From: Eledone cirrhosa
Taxonomy: Eukaryota
NCBI GenBank assembly: GCA_964016885.1
Contig: OZ024743.1
Span: 274,722,001 to 274,786,000, forward strand
Reading direction: 5' to 3'
DNA length: 64,000 nt
The translations under genes were made by a program, and so were the position numbers. How positions within the stretch are numbered: position 1 is the stretch's first letter; each line of letters opens with the position of its first letter. Positions 29,617-43,905 of this stretch are shown piece by piece. The notes beneath the pieces were generated by a model. That model was given only the letters and a program-made list of their open reading frames with translations. It did no database searches and was not told where the DNA came from.

Positions 29617-29916
29617 GATAAATAGATAGATAGATAGATAGAAGTGATGAATAAAGATGCAGAGAGTAAGAGAATAAAGGATTAAAACGAAGAAAGGTAG
29701 ATGTGAAAGAATAAAGAGAAAAATACAGTAAAAGGATAATGGAAACAATGAATTAAATAAAAGAAAGAAACGAAGAAAGAAAATACGAAAGGAAGAGAAG
29801 TGAAGATATATTTAATGAAAGAAGGAAAGTAGAAATATTAGCTACAGAAGGAGAAAGATAGAAAGAAAATAAGAAGAAAGTGAAACTAAATGAAGAAAAC
29901 AGATAGGAAGGGAGAG

Positions 29917-29950
<34 letters not shown>

Positions 29951-30361
29951 GAAAAGAACGGAAGCAAGAAAGAAAGCAAGAAAGAACGAAAGAACGAAAG
30001 AAAGAGAAACCTTTCATTACGATATTTGTAATGAAAAATACTGCTTATGAATTTCAAATAAGTTTGAAAATAATGAAAATTGTTTGGGATTAAGTAACAA
30101 TGACTAACTTTTTCATTATTAAACTCGTTTTTAGAGCAAAATTTAACAAATGTTTTACATAAAAATGCTGGTGGTGGTGCTGGTTCTGGTGCTGGTGGTG
30201 GGGGGGGGGGGATTACGTTGTTATAATGGAGAAGTATTGATTGAGGTGGTGATGAAATATTTGTGTAGCGAGCAAGTGTGAATAATTGTAATAGAGAAAT
30301 ATGGATGTAGAATTGGTAAATATCTATTGATGGTGTCGTTGGGGACCTTATAATCACACTG

Positions 30362-30556
30362 CAGACCTGTCAACTCTCCCCGTCGGACGGAGAGATCTCC
30401 CACCCACTATGGGGTGGGTGAGAGATGTCTTCACTTGTGAAAATAGGTATAGCTTTCATTATGCAAAATCTCCCCCATTTAGCCTCATTTCTTTCCGTTT
30501 GGGGGCACATTTTATCATGGTACTCCCGTTTGGGTTTTTAGAGGTTGGCAGGTCTG
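30362..30556. mobile_element. MITE with CAGACCTGYCAAC TIRs
   Basis: CAGACCTGTCAACTC / GAGGTTGGCAGGTCTG; TSD unclear. Confidence 0.62.
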
Positions 30557-30792
30557 ATATTGGTTATTTAAACCCGCTGGAACCCATCCTTCAACCAGAA
30601 AGAGAGAAAATAGGTGAGAAAGAGATATAAAAGAATAATAGAACCCGGTACTAGACTGGTACCACGAACGGATGAAAGACATAGTTGACCGATTTGAACC
30701 AATAACGCAGACAGCCGGAACGAATATAGCAAAGCATTCAATCTGACGCTTTAACGACTCTAACAATTCGTCGACTTCTAAACCTAGATATA

Positions 30793-31129
30793 CAGGGGCG
30801 GTGGGAGCATTTCTAAATTGCCGGGGTTAGGAGGATTTGGTCAATATAGTTGTAAAGAATAGTTTAGCACTCTAAAATGGTCAAAAAATGCAATTTGAGT
30901 CCAAGCAGGTCATATTACATTTACAACTTTCAATAATTATAAAGTGATTATAGCAAAATGACCTATGAAATATGTCTCTCAATACATACACTAGCAATTG
31001 GCAAATAGTGATATGTGGAGAAAAAATTATGACATATTATTACAAAAAAATTTACTATGAAGGTTAACATAATATACTACAGTGTTTGGAGAAGAAAATT
31101 GGGGGGAGGAGCATGTTCCACCGCCCTTG
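30793..31129. mobile_element. MITE of the same CAGGGGCGGTGG family
   Basis: CAGGGGCGGTGGGAGCAT / ATGTTCCACCGCCCTTG; ATATA on both flanks. Confidence 0.75.
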
Positions 31130-31285
31130 ATATATTATTCGTTTATTCATTTACTGGTTCGACTCATTCGGCAGTGGCAATGCCAGATCTTTGTCTTCAA
31201 TGGTTTTAATATCCAATCCAGTATTTATTTCAAATTTATTGTTTAAGTTATTTGCTGATCCACTAAGTGACTCAACGTAAATAAT

Positions 31286-31478
31286 TATTTCTACTTTAGG
31301 CACAAGGCCAGCAATTTGGGGTGAAGGGAAAAATCGATTGAATCGACCCCAGTGCGTTACTGGTGTTTTATTTATCGACCCCGTAAGGATAAAGGGTAAA
31401 GCTAACCTCCACAGGATTTGAACTCAGAATGTAAAGAGCCAGAACAAATACAATCTGCCAATCTGCCAGTCTACCACC
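31286..31478 (-). mobile_element. SINE family A, longer subfamily
   Basis: Core plus extra AATCGATTGAATCGACCCCAG segment. Confidence 0.75.
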
Positions 31479-31667
31479 CTCTAACCAGTAATAATATCGG
31501 AACCCTCGTGCTGAAAGGTTCATTAGCTGACTGTAAAGGAAGGATGATAGAGTCGTGAAATCTTGCATGGATTAATTTCAACTCTTCTTATTACAACATT
31601 GTGTCGGTCAGCCTATGATCTTTTCATCCTGTGAACTTTTCAGCCGACCCTAGTAATATTGGGTTCT

Positions 31668-31860
31668 GATTTAGGCACAAGGTCAACAATTTTGGGGGAG
31701 GGAAAATCGATTAGATCGACGCCAGTGCATTACTGGTACTTTATTTTATCGACTTCGTAAGGATGAAAGGCAAAGTTAACCTCGACAGGATTTGAACTCA
31801 TATCGTAACCCTATGCCATAAAGCAATTTGTCCGACGCTCTACCAATACTGCCAATCCAT
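31668..31860 (-). mobile_element. SINE family A, longer subfamily
   Basis: As for 31286-31478. Confidence 0.8.
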
Positions 31861-32169
31861 CGTCCTAACCGAACCTGGTAATATTAAAACCAGAATAAAT
31901 AAATATCTAATGTTATAGTAGATATTTGATATTATAGGCAAACTAAATATAGAGTTAACTTAACTATCTGTCAGCTGATGACATGCAGTAAATTAACTAA
32001 CATTGACCTACTGTTCGCTTAACCTGATTATATATGTGTGTGTGCATGTGTGGGTGTGGGTGTGGGTGTACATGCTCTCACACCGCATGTATATATAGGG
32101 GAGTGAGTATGTATGTGTATTCGTGTATATATTTGGGCATGTATGCATATATATATATATATATATATA

Positions 32170-32370
32170 TGCGGTTCAGTAGTTACCGATGATGTCCTTT
32201 TCTTCTTTTCGGGTTATAGCTACTGTCTCTCAGAGAGTGGGATTGGCTCAGTGCACAGTCTTTCCTCACTTAAAAAAAAAATCTTCACGCGCATTGCTTG
32301 ATAGAATTAATAGATAATTATTAATAATGTTATATTGTGCAATGGCCATACTCGAGAGGGCACCCATCAT
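32170..32370 (+). mobile_element. 3' fragment of the 14.9 kb element family
   Basis: Matches 15244-15447. Confidence 0.8.
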
Positions 32371-32503
32371 ATATGTACAAATGTAAGTACGTATATGTAG
32401 GCAATACGACTGGGTTCTAGTTTAAACATTCCTATAAATGATCTTTTTCCTATTTCCTTATCAGTTCTTTATGTAACAATAGCATTCTGAAAGTCGTGTG
32501 TGT

Positions 32504-32541
32504 ATTAACGTTTCGAGCCTTCATCGTGTCATCTTCAGAAT
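32504..32541 (-). ncRNA. Minimal degenerate hammerhead-like motif
   Basis: ATT-CTGAAGA-TGACACGATGAAGGCTC-GAAACGTT/AAT; only a 3-bp stem I. Confidence 0.35.
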
Positions 32542-32588
32542 CAAAATGGTCATACCCGTGGCTATGGGAGTGTTACAATGCCATTAAT

Positions 32589-32736
<148 letters not shown>

Positions 32737-32840
32737 CTCCTGAAGATGGGTCACAATTTTGATCCCTCTTACATTTCTGGGGATATGGTCAATATTGAAA
32801 CTTGAAATTGACTAGTGCTTGTGTTCCATGTATGAACATA

Positions 32841-32900
<60 letters not shown>

Positions 32901-32904
<4 letters not shown>

Positions 32905-33093
32905 ATGTATGACCCCGACGGCAGAGCTCAAGCCGTTTCGACGGCTATTTCTGGACTCCAGAAATAGCCGTTGAAACTGTTTGAGCTCTGCCGTCGGGGT
33001 CATACATTTTCCTGTTACCCACTCTACTACCCTAAGTATTGAGTACTCTGGTGCGTTATGGTCCATCTGGTTCCTTACCACAACTCCTTCGTT
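32901..33093 (+). mobile_element. Hairpin-ended element, copy 2
   Basis: Same family; (TA)n on both sides. Confidence 0.8.
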
Positions 33094-33417
33094 TTATATA
33101 TATATATATATATATATACAAGTGTGTGGGTATACGTATCTATGATTGTCTAACCCCTGTACTGTTGGCATAAGAAACAGCTGAACACTGCGCTTGTACA
33201 TGTACACACACACACATATATACACACATACATACACACACACATATACACACGCACAGACACAAACACACAACTTCGTGATTCATTCATTCATTTATTC
33301 TCACGAGGATGAAGTCGATGTCGACATCGTAAACCAAGAAAACACATCATTTCACAATGGATTCTGTACTCCACCATTGTAATCTCCCCCTCTCTCTCTC
33401 ACTCTCTCTCTCTCTCC

Positions 33418-33448
<31 letters not shown>

Positions 33449-33581
33449 ACTCACTCTCTCACTCTCTCTCTCGATATATATATATATATATAAAGTTACG
33501 TATGTATGTATATATGTATGCGAATTACGTAACCTATAGTAGGCAGCTTCCTTCTATTACTTTTTTACCCCCTCCCCCTAT

Positions 33582-33623
<42 letters not shown>

Positions 33624-33684
33624 TTATAAATACACACATATATATATATATATATATACATACATACATATATATACATGTATG

Positions 33685-33715
<31 letters not shown>

Positions 33716-33921
33716 TTGTGGTGTGTATGTATGTATGTATTATCTTGTTTTATATTCAATAACTGCGGCGACTGTTACTTCAAATGTTCACCTAAACAAT
33801 CGTTGGATTAGAGATGTGCGGGATTATCAGAACGTTCTACAAAATTGATTACGGCATTCTTCTCTCTTTAAGTACTGATTGTACAAGGAAGTGTGGACAA
33901 ATTGTCTAGCCCACAATGGTG

Positions 33922-33970
<49 letters not shown>

Positions 33971-34204
33971 ATATATGTATTGTTATATACCCGAAATATA
34001 TGTCTGAAGGAAGGCAAGGAAGGCAACAGGAAAGCATATATATGAATATGTCTGTGTGTATGTACGAGTGTATTTATGTGTGCGTCTATATGCATGCATT
34101 AATGTACATAAGCATACACTATATATATAAATGTATATGTGTGTATGCGCGCGCGTGTGTGTGTGTGTGTGCGTGTGCGTGTGCGTGTGCGTGTGCGTGT
34201 GCGT

Positions 34205-34237
<33 letters not shown>

Positions 34238-34955
34238 AATACGGCGATGAATTGCTCAGTGGAGTATCGGATTCAAATAATTTGCGCCATGTGATCCAAT
34301 TCTCCACGCTCTTGATTCAAATTCTGCATCGACTAACTTTGAGTGTTGATACCAGAAGGTAGGAGTCCAGACCGTGTCTTGGCTCCATAGAGACGGGCGA
34401 AAACGAAGATTGAGAGTTTATAGATAGGTGTAAAGGTTTCTTGTTCGATAAACGTAATCTTGAATGACATACATTGCTGTTTTTATGTATAACACCACCA
34501 TTTGGCCTCTAGGGGATGCTTTTGGCGGAGTAAATTATTTTACAGGCGTTCAGCAAATAAACCTTCTTAAATTATTTAATTGCATTTTCAGCTAGTTTTA
34601 CTTGTATATATATATACAGTTATATATATATATACAGTTATATATATATATAACTGTATATATATATACAGTTATATATATATATATATACAGTTATATA
34701 TATATGCTTTTAATAATATTTTTGTAATTTTCTATATACACTCCGTAAATTGTTACACATGGAACCTATATAAGTACCACAAGATCTACCAATTGGAATA
34801 ATTCGTACGTTTAGTAAACACTATCGTATACGGTCGTTGATTCTTCTTGAACAATCAAATTAATTGATTACACTGACGGAATTTGAATAATTATATATAT
34901 AACAAGAAGTGTAAGTCAACCGGTTAAAATTAACTTTGTTTATTCATATTCGCTG

Positions 34956-34990
<35 letters not shown>

Positions 34991-35105
34991 TATATATATA
35001 TATATTCATATATATGAATATATATTAAAGGAGTCATGTCCGAGACATGCGCCATATCCACTGTAGAATAAGCTCAAAGATTCCAATGAATAGATCCGAG
35101 CATTT

Positions 35106-35802
35106 TATATCAACTAGAAATTGATTGACATATATATATATATTTAAAATAAACACATGAAACAATCACAGGGGATAATTTGTAAAGTGTGTAATCACAC
35201 ACAGTTAGGTAGGTAACTAATTAAAGTTTAACTAGATCTTCAAATATTACCTTTTAAAAAATGATTAATCCTCCTTGTATATATTTCATTAAAGAAATAT
35301 ATTTCACTAAAAATCCGTAAAGCCACAGTAGTTAAATCCTTGGATCATCAGGAAGGAGGAAGAAATAACTGTCTGTGTTTACGCATCAAATGCAAACCTG
35401 CGAGTGACCCTTCGCACGTGCAGCAATTCTAAAACTACTAAAAACATGCTAGCGTCCTCCCATTGTCGTGAATAGGGTGGTCGACAGCTATAAATAGCAG
35501 CCAAGTCCTTTCAAACGATTTAGCTCTACAGATAAGGAGCCGTTTATATATCCGAAATAAATTTAGTAAATGATCTAAGATTTAACTACTGTGACTTTAG
35601 GGATTTTTAGTGAAATATATTTCTTTAATGAAATATATACAAGGAGGATTAATCATTTTTTAAAAGGTAATATTTGAAGATCTAGTTAAACTTTAATTAG
35701 TTACCTACCTGTGTGTGATTACACACTTTACAAATTATCCCCTGTGATTGTTTCATGTGTTTATTTTAAATATATATATATATGTCAATCAATTTCTAGT
35801 TG

Positions 35803-35807
<5 letters not shown>
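35106..35807. repeat. Inverted repeat, approx. 240-bp arms, approx. 220-bp spacer
   Basis: 35106-35348 versus 35570-35807, few mismatches, one 4-nt indel. Confidence 0.92.
35269..35360 (-). ncRNA. Hammerhead-like motif at the inner end of a long inverted repeat
   Basis: TCCTCCTTC-CTGATGA..GAAA-TATA-TA/CAAGGAGGA; 8-bp stem I with a C-C mismatch next to the core; stem II poorly paired. Confidence 0.55.
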
Positions 35808-35838
<31 letters not shown>

Positions 35839-36342
35839 TCGCTGCAATATATATATACATATATATAAAGAGGGGGAGAGGGAGAGGTGAACGAGAATCG
35901 GCCACAATACTGAACAAATATTTATTTAACGACCTCGAAAGGATGGCACCGCCGCGAGAATTGATCTCAGAGCGCAGCGAGACGGAACAAACGCCGAAGA
36001 CATTTATAATCCGATTCCCCATCAACTCTTCCAATGCGTCGCCTTAAGTAGCTAAATAGATAGATGGGTAAATAAGTTAGTACGAAGATGGATTAGCTAG
36101 AGGCAAAAGATGATCGTGTTTCGACACATTGAAACTTACAAAGAAATGATACTCGAAGAATTTGGGTGGTCTACAGAGGTCTTGTTGCATAGAAATGGTA
36201 TTAATGGCGCTGGAGCATAGACAGGCATTTATTCTGAGTACAAACCGTAAAACGTTGTCATGAAATGTATATACGTAAGAAAAAACACCCCTCCGCAGAA
36301 AAAAATATATCTGTATTTGAGTGTGTCTATATATACATGTAT

Positions 36343-36407
<65 letters not shown>

Positions 36408-36411
36408 ATGT

Positions 36412-36449
<38 letters not shown>

Positions 36450-37039
36450 ACATAAATACATTTACAAGTATACACAACATATACACAATTATATGCATGT
36501 ATATGTGTGAACGTGTGTATGTATATTATACACATACACACATGTTCTCCACGCCATATTGTACAGATTTACAGCTTCATAACTTCTATCAATTTTACAT
36601 TTTATGCTCTATTTATGACACATTATTCCACTCTAGTGTACAGTGTACTCTATTTAGCATTAGCACTAACATAGCGTGATTCATAATAAAGGCCTATGTA
36701 TAATAGATATACACAAGTTTCGCTATGAATGTTTTAAACTGTGATTATGTCATAGATAACTCAGTAGATATTTGGGAAGACCAGACACGTGTTTCATGAT
36801 TTTTATCCGTCATCGGCGACGTTTACTCACTCGATACTAAGACAAGAATCAGCTATAGCTTATATACATTTTGCGAGTGAAACATCTGTGATGCTCATTT
36901 GCATATAGTGCCAGCTTGACCGGCTAGGATTAATTAGCAGCAGCACTAACATAACCTGGTTCATAATAGCGGTCAACTTTATTATACTATACATTATAGT
37001 ACTATACATTAGTGTTGCGTATTTGGACCTCCGTCGTCT

Positions 37040-37545
37040 CCGGCGACGAGTGCTCCAGTTATTTGAACAGTGGAACAGACTAGTCGAGAAATTAACGTAC
37101 AAGTGGCTGAGCATTCCACAGACATGTATACACTTAATTAGTTCACAGGGACATTCAGCGAGATTCAGTACGATGGTCGGCTGAAATGTTTATAGACTAA
37201 CCAAGTTACTCTCATGGAATGATCAAATGAGGTTTATTTCTCAATATAGTCCCTGGAAAGAAACAATATAATCATCAATAAGAAGAGTTAAAATTAATGC
37301 ATGCTAGATTTCACAGCTCTAGCATCATTCCTTCATAGTCAGCCTGTGGACTTTTCAGCCTACCTTCGTATATGACCAGGCTGACTTTTCAAGTGAGAGT
37401 ACAACTAAATTTTCGTCAGCTTTATGGACAAGAGCAACGTAAAATAAAGTGTCTTGCTCAGGGACACAACATATCACTGGGAATCGAACTCATGAACTTA
37501 CGATCGTGAGCCAAATACTCTACTCACTAAGCCACATGCCTTCAC
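37040..37545 (-). mobile_element. SINE family B interrupted by a mariner-like MITE
   Basis: Family B sequence on both sides of 37169-37370. Confidence 0.75.
37169..37370. mobile_element. Mariner-type MITE (approx. 200 bp)
   Basis: TIRs TACGATGGTCGGCTGAAATG / CTTTTCAGCCTACCTTCGTA with TA ends; relatives at approx. 31505-31654 and 51860-53299. Confidence 0.75.
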
Positions 37546-38195
37546 AGTGTAGTACAGTGTATCCATGTACAGTGTGTCCACTAATGTACAGTCATTTATA
37601 CTGAATTATCAGGGCTGGATTTAATCGAGCGTTGTTCCTGTTACGCTCAATTGAACAACACCATAACACAGACAGATAGACAGACAGATAGACACACGAA
37701 CACACACATATATATATATACACCCCCACACACATACGCCACACACACCTATATATAAGCACACACACCAATATACACGCACATACACACATTCTGTGAG
37801 ATATACATATATACAAGCATATACCTACATAGATACATACATATAGACTTACTAGTTAGGAAATTACAAGTACAATTCATTAATGGAACAGTAAAAATAT
37901 TTAAAAAAAACATTCCAAAACTTTTGATTCTAATAACTGCATATACACATATACAGATACAAAGCATATACACATGCATACATACAACTCAAAACATACA
38001 CATCCACACATACAATAACATCCATATCTACACATGCATTCATACATATCTACCTAGTTGATGTGTAAATTCCAATGAGAGAGGCTTGTGTTTATGTTAG
38101 AAACCGACTCTCTCTCTATCGGTAAAACTTTGCGAAATTATAAAACCAGAAGAACATACATACATACATACATACATACATACATACATACATAC

Positions 38196-39020
38196 ATGAT
38201 GGCTGCCCCCTCGTTATCGAGTATGGCCATTGCACGAGGAGTAAAAAAAAAAACTAATAAATAAATAAAAAAGAAAATAAAATGAATAAAAAAAGAAATA
38301 TATATATATATATATATACACACATACATATACATATATACACACATATATATATACATACACACATATACATTAATAACAATAATAATAATAATAATAA
38401 CAACAACAATAATGATATACATATACATATATATATACACACACATGCACACACATAAACATATCTATACACACACACACACACGATAGCAACTAACAGC
38501 GCTGCGATCGAATGTGGCTTTTTAGCCCAGCCAATGATCTAAAATGTCTTGCACAGAGTCGGCAACCAAAACATTCACTGGCAATAGCCGGCTGTGGTTG
38601 GAGTTCGTGTACTTTTGCATGTCGTTTGAGCCCTCCTGCTGATTTACATTCTCTACCACATGTTTGGCAAGCATGATGAGTAGCATCTCCAACAGCAGCC
38701 TGGTAGTCAACCACTGGTCTTACTTTATGACTGCGAAGATGACTTTCGAGTCCAGCTTTGCTTAGGCAGAGTCTCGCACATACGCTGCATGTCAGCACCA
38801 TAGGAGGACCCTCGCCGTCTGGAAGAGCAACAGCAATGCCCTTCCTCACATCCCGCTTTACTTTCTCGTATGCGATTCGAGATGCCCCCAAGGCAACTTT
38901 TCCCTCAGATACAGTCTTTCTCCATTTATTACGATCAGCAGCAATATTTTCCCATGTATCAGCAGAGATGTTAGCGTCTTTCAGAGAGGCTTTCAAGGAA
39001 TCATTATACCTCTTTTTATG
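38196..39020 (-). mobile_element. RTE-clade LINE 3' end with three C2H2-like fingers; 3' UTR split by microsatellites
   Basis: ORF 38493-39023 KKRYNDSLKASLKDANISADTWENIAADRNKWR, then CxxC..H motifs x3; UTR tail at 38196-38238; (CATA)n flanks. Confidence 0.82.
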
Positions 39021-39156
39021 CATTCATACATACATACATACACATACATAAATACATACATACATACATATATGCATTCATACATACATACATGTATGCA
39101 TTCATACATACATACATACATACATACATACATACATACATACATACATACATACA

Positions 39157-39187
<31 letters not shown>

Positions 39188-39288
39188 CTTTTCTTTTACA
39201 ACCTTGCCACCAGGAAGGTGGCCGGTCAAAAAAAATATACTCGAAATTAAGAGAAAGAGATAACATACATATATACATACATACATAT

Positions 39289-39687
39289 ATGGTGGCTGCC
39301 AACTCGTTTTCGAGTACGGCCACTACTTTATATCCATGTAGGAGAACCCCTACCGATGCGCTGAACAAGTGTGACTTTTTAGTCCAGCCAGCGACTTGAA
39401 AACTCTGGTACAAACACTACACCTGTGACAATTATTGACACATAGTGCTGGGCCCATGGTACCATGTGATGACAAGTGCAGAGAGATCTCCAGATATAAA
39501 GCAATGCCTGTGCCGTGAAGCTTTTATAGTGAGCAAAGGCACTGCACAAAGCCAGTCCCACTCTCTTAACCAAGATCATATTTACCAAAAAGAAGAACAA
39601 GTCAACATCATTGGATACCGTCAGGGTTGCAGGTGTTATATCAGAGTTTTCCTTCTAGAATTCTGCCTTGACAAAGGCTAATGGGTC
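39289..39687 (-). mobile_element. 5'-truncated copy of the 5.3-5.9 kb RTE-derived element
   Basis: Colinear, few substitutions versus 5291-5692; (CATA)n on both sides. Confidence 0.85.
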
Positions 39688-40427
39688 ATACATACATACA
39701 TACATACATACATACATAAATACATACATATATACATACCTACATACACACATACATATAAGCATGTATATATGTATGGATGCATGTATGTATGTATGTA
39801 TGTATGTGTATGTATGTATGTAGGTATGTATATATGTACATGTATATATGTATGTATATACGGACATATGGCAATATATTTATTTATTCTTTTATTCTTT
39901 CACTGGTTCCAGTCACTGGACATTTCTATACATTTTAGTAAGACATTACTAAACTCCCTCACACACTTTCCCGCTCTCCCCCTCTCTTTCTCTTGCTTTC
40001 TGTCCCTTATTCCCTCTCCTTCCTTCTCTCTCTCTCTCTCTCCCTCTACCTCTTTCTCTCGCTTTCTCTCTCTTTCTCTTTGTCATTCAATCTCTTTGCT
40101 TCTCTCTCTTTCTCTCTCTCTCTCTCCCTCTCTTTCCATCCCTCCCTCCTCTACACATGATCACACATACACACACTCACACGCACGCACCTACACACAC
40201 ATACATACACACACACGCGCGCACCTACACACACATACATACACACACATATGCACACACACACATATGCATGCCACACACACACACACACGCGCACATA
40301 CGCACCCAATAACTTGAACGTGAGGATGATGGTGATACACATACAGACAGACACACACACACACCACACCACACACATACATGTTCTATGTGTATGTGTG
40401 TATTTGTTTCTGTATGTCTGTATGTGT

Positions 40428-40515
<88 letters not shown>

Positions 40516-40624
40516 CTGTATGTCTGTGTGTGTTTATCAACTTGAATGTGAAGATGATAGTGATACACAGATACAGAGAGAGAGAGAGAGAGAGAAGCAC
40601 ACACACACACAGACACAGACACAG

Positions 40625-40668
40625 ACACACACACACACGTACATAAACAGATACAGAGGGAGAGAGAA

Positions 40669-40706
<38 letters not shown>

Positions 40707-40734
40707 ACATAAACAGATACAGAGGCAGAGAGAA

Positions 40735-40768
<34 letters not shown>

Positions 40769-40807
40769 ACATAAACAGATACAGAGGCAGAGAGAACCAC
40801 ACACACA

Positions 40808-40838
<31 letters not shown>

Positions 40839-40881
40839 GTACATAAACAGATACAGAGGCAGAGAGAACCACACACACACA

Positions 40882-40912
<31 letters not shown>

Positions 40913-40942
40913 GTACATAAACAGATACAGAGGCAGAGAGAA

Positions 40943-40976
<34 letters not shown>

Positions 40977-41017
40977 ACATAAACAGATACAGAGGCAGAG
41001 AGAACCACACACACACA

Positions 41018-41050
<33 letters not shown>

Positions 41051-41091
41051 GTACATAAACAGATACAGAGGCAGAGAGAACCACACACACA

Positions 41092-41122
<31 letters not shown>

Positions 41123-41163
41123 GTACATAAACAGATACAGAGGCAGAGAGAACCACACACACA

Positions 41164-41196
<33 letters not shown>

Positions 41197-41258
41197 GTAC
41201 ATAAACAGATACAGAGGGAGAGAGAACCACACACACACACACACACACACACGTACAT
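40625..41258 (+). repeat. Compound minisatellite: constant approx. 32-bp unit plus variable (CA)n, about 11 copies
   Basis: GTACATAAACAGATACAGAGGCAGAGAGAACC(AC)n. Confidence 0.92.
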
Positions 41259-41304
41259 AATATAAAATAAAATATACATATTTAATTATTTATAGACGTG
41301 TGTT

Positions 41305-41402
<98 letters not shown>

Positions 41403-41799
41403 GCAGCGTTAATATTTCAATAATATCATAATACATGTATACTTAAATATCAAAGCTTGAAAGAGATATTTCAGTTGATATTAAACTATACGCAACATTA
41501 AGGATATCGTTTCATAAATACTGTCTTTTCCTTTGTGTATCTGTGTGATGGCGTGTATTTGTCTATGCTTTCCTTTGTGTGTTTGTGTGTGTATGTCTGT
41601 ATTTGTGTGAGTGTGTGTGTGTGTGTGTGTATGCGAGAGAGAGTGTGTGCGTGTGTGTATCTGTATTCCTTTGTGAGTGCGTGTGTGTATGGATTCATAA
41701 AAAAAGTTATTTACATAGAAAAAATACATCGACCCAATAATACATTTATACATTGAAGCAAAAATATGAATAGATAGATAGATAGGTAGATAGATAGAT

Positions 41800-42181
41800 A
41801 TGTTTCTTTATTAGCCACAGGGGCACAAAAGAAGGGGACAAATACAAAGGGGGAAGTTTACATACAATAAAAACGTAAAATATTATCACAAATGCAATTT
41901 AAAAATTAGTCGATTTCCCCAATAGGGGGAGACATTACAAATGGGTAACACATACCACCGAAAAAATGTGCAACCCTCATCTCCAGGAGTACGAAGAGTT
42001 TGTACCCCTGTCCTCTCCTCCTCCTTTTCCTCAACCTACAGGCTGATATAGAGAGAAGGCCCATTCACTCGGGCCATTCTCGCCACTTTCACCCACCTTT
42101 CATAAAACTTGCTGGGGTACAGCACCTCTCTCTCCATCCTGATTCTTCTTCCAAAGTGGTATTTGATAAAAATAATCAGTT
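41800..42181 (-). mobile_element. Tx1-clade LINE 3' fragment (same 3' UTR type as the 26.5 kb copy)
   Basis: Near-identical to 26478-26842; GATA/GAGA flanks. Confidence 0.88.
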
Positions 42182-42275
42182 GTAGAGAGATAGAAAGATA
42201 GATAGATATATAGATAGAGACAGAGAGAGAGAGAGAGAAAGCCAGAGAGAGAGAGAGAGAGAGAGAGAGATAGCG

Positions 42276-43859
42276 TTCTTTTTATTTGCCACCAGGGCAT
42301 CAAAAGTGGGACAAGTACAAAGGGGGGAGTTTACATGCAAAGGCGTCCTCAATATGGAGGAGGCAATAACGAGATATAAAAGTATAAAATAAAATAAAAT
42401 ATAACAAAATAAATTTTATTACAAAATCCTCAATAGGGAGGAGGCGCCTTGGGGGGTCGCACACACCCCCGAAAAAAAGTGTGCAACCCTTCTCCTCAGG
42501 AGCACAGAGAGGGGGTGCCCCCTTGGTCTTTCATCTTCCTCACCTATAGTCTGATGTAGAGTGAAGGCCCATTCACACGGGCCATTCTCGCCACTTTCAC
42601 CCATCTTTCATAAAAACGGCTGGGGTGCAGCACCTCTCTCTCCATCCTGATCCTTCTTCCGAAATGATATCGGAAGAAACGGACCAGTTGTTGGCCAGAG
42701 AGAAAGGTGTCTGACCTCAGTCCTTTCAGACGCGTCCACCATACAACCTCTTTCGCCATGGCTATTACGCACAGATACACCGCCTCTCATTCGTTTTTGA
42801 AGAGGGGAGGCGGCTTGATCGTTACAATAGACTCGGTGGTCAACCGGATCGGTCCCACCCTTGACAGCAGTTGTTTGACATAGTCCCACAGATCGGCAAT
42901 ACCCGAGCAGTGTACCAATGCGTGTGCAACGGTTTCCTCGTCGCACACGCATCTGGGACAGATCTTTTTCGAGGGGTCCCTACCCGGGCGCTCGTGTCTG
43001 TAGAACCTTTCTCGAACGGGCAGAGCTCCTCGGTAGCACTGCCAGGCCAGGGACCTCTGGAAGTTATCCATGGGTCCCGGCTGAATGTCCTACCGAACAG
43101 GTTGGCCAGTTCGTCTTCCTCCATGCCTAGGGCTTCTCCGAGGGCGTCGTCGCACCTGCTAACCACCAGCCCTCTATAGAATGACGAGGTGGATTCTCCA
43201 CTGACAGCCGGGTCCGCCTGCCAGAGAGCCGTGAGCGCCTGGGCACACTCGGTGTGCCAGGCGCCCAGTTTTCTCGCTCTTTGCTCGACCCAGGATTGCA
43301 GCTCGTTGAGTGAGACGAGTCTGGGAAAGGCTCGCCTCACAAACGGGGCCCACACCGGTTGACCGGTGAGGAATACCTGGAGGTGCCGTAGCCTTAATGC
43401 GTGTTTACGCATCATTAGCCACGGCATCCCCAGCCCTCCTTTCGAAGGGTGTTGACAGCAGATGGATCTCATCACCATAAGAGCCCGCTTCTTCCAGAGG
43501 AATTGGAAGAGTGCGCGTTCCATTTTGGCGAGCGTTTCCCTTGGGCAAGACACGACGGTCAGGCGGTAGTAGATGACGGACGCTATATAAGTGTTCGTCA
43601 CCTCCGCCCGACCTTTCAGGGACAGTTTGCACTCGGCCCACTTCTGGGTCAGTGCAAACACCCTGTTCGTTACCTCACCCCAGTTCTTCTCCACCTGGAG
43701 GTCTGGTCCGAACCAGACCCCGAGCAACTTCACCGGGCCCTCCGTCCAGCGCCCGACGACGCCATCGGAGGGCATCGATCTGCTCCTCCACGTGCCGAGT
43801 TGCAGACCGATCGACTTGTCCCGGTTCAGCTTAGCCCCTGTAAACCTTTCGTACTCCTC
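42276..43859 (-). mobile_element. Tx1-clade LINE, 5'-truncated (second 3' UTR type)
   Basis: ORFs 42544-43775 match the C-terminal half of the 604-aa ORF; 5' junction into ATAGATAGATAG. Confidence 0.92.
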
Positions 43860-43863
43860 ATAG

Positions 43864-43902
<39 letters not shown>

Positions 43903-43905
43903 TAA

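Noticed and set aside
40625-41258. CRISPR-like array (constant repeat plus variable spacer)
   Set aside because: Spacers are only (CA)n length variants; eukaryotic context; no cas genes
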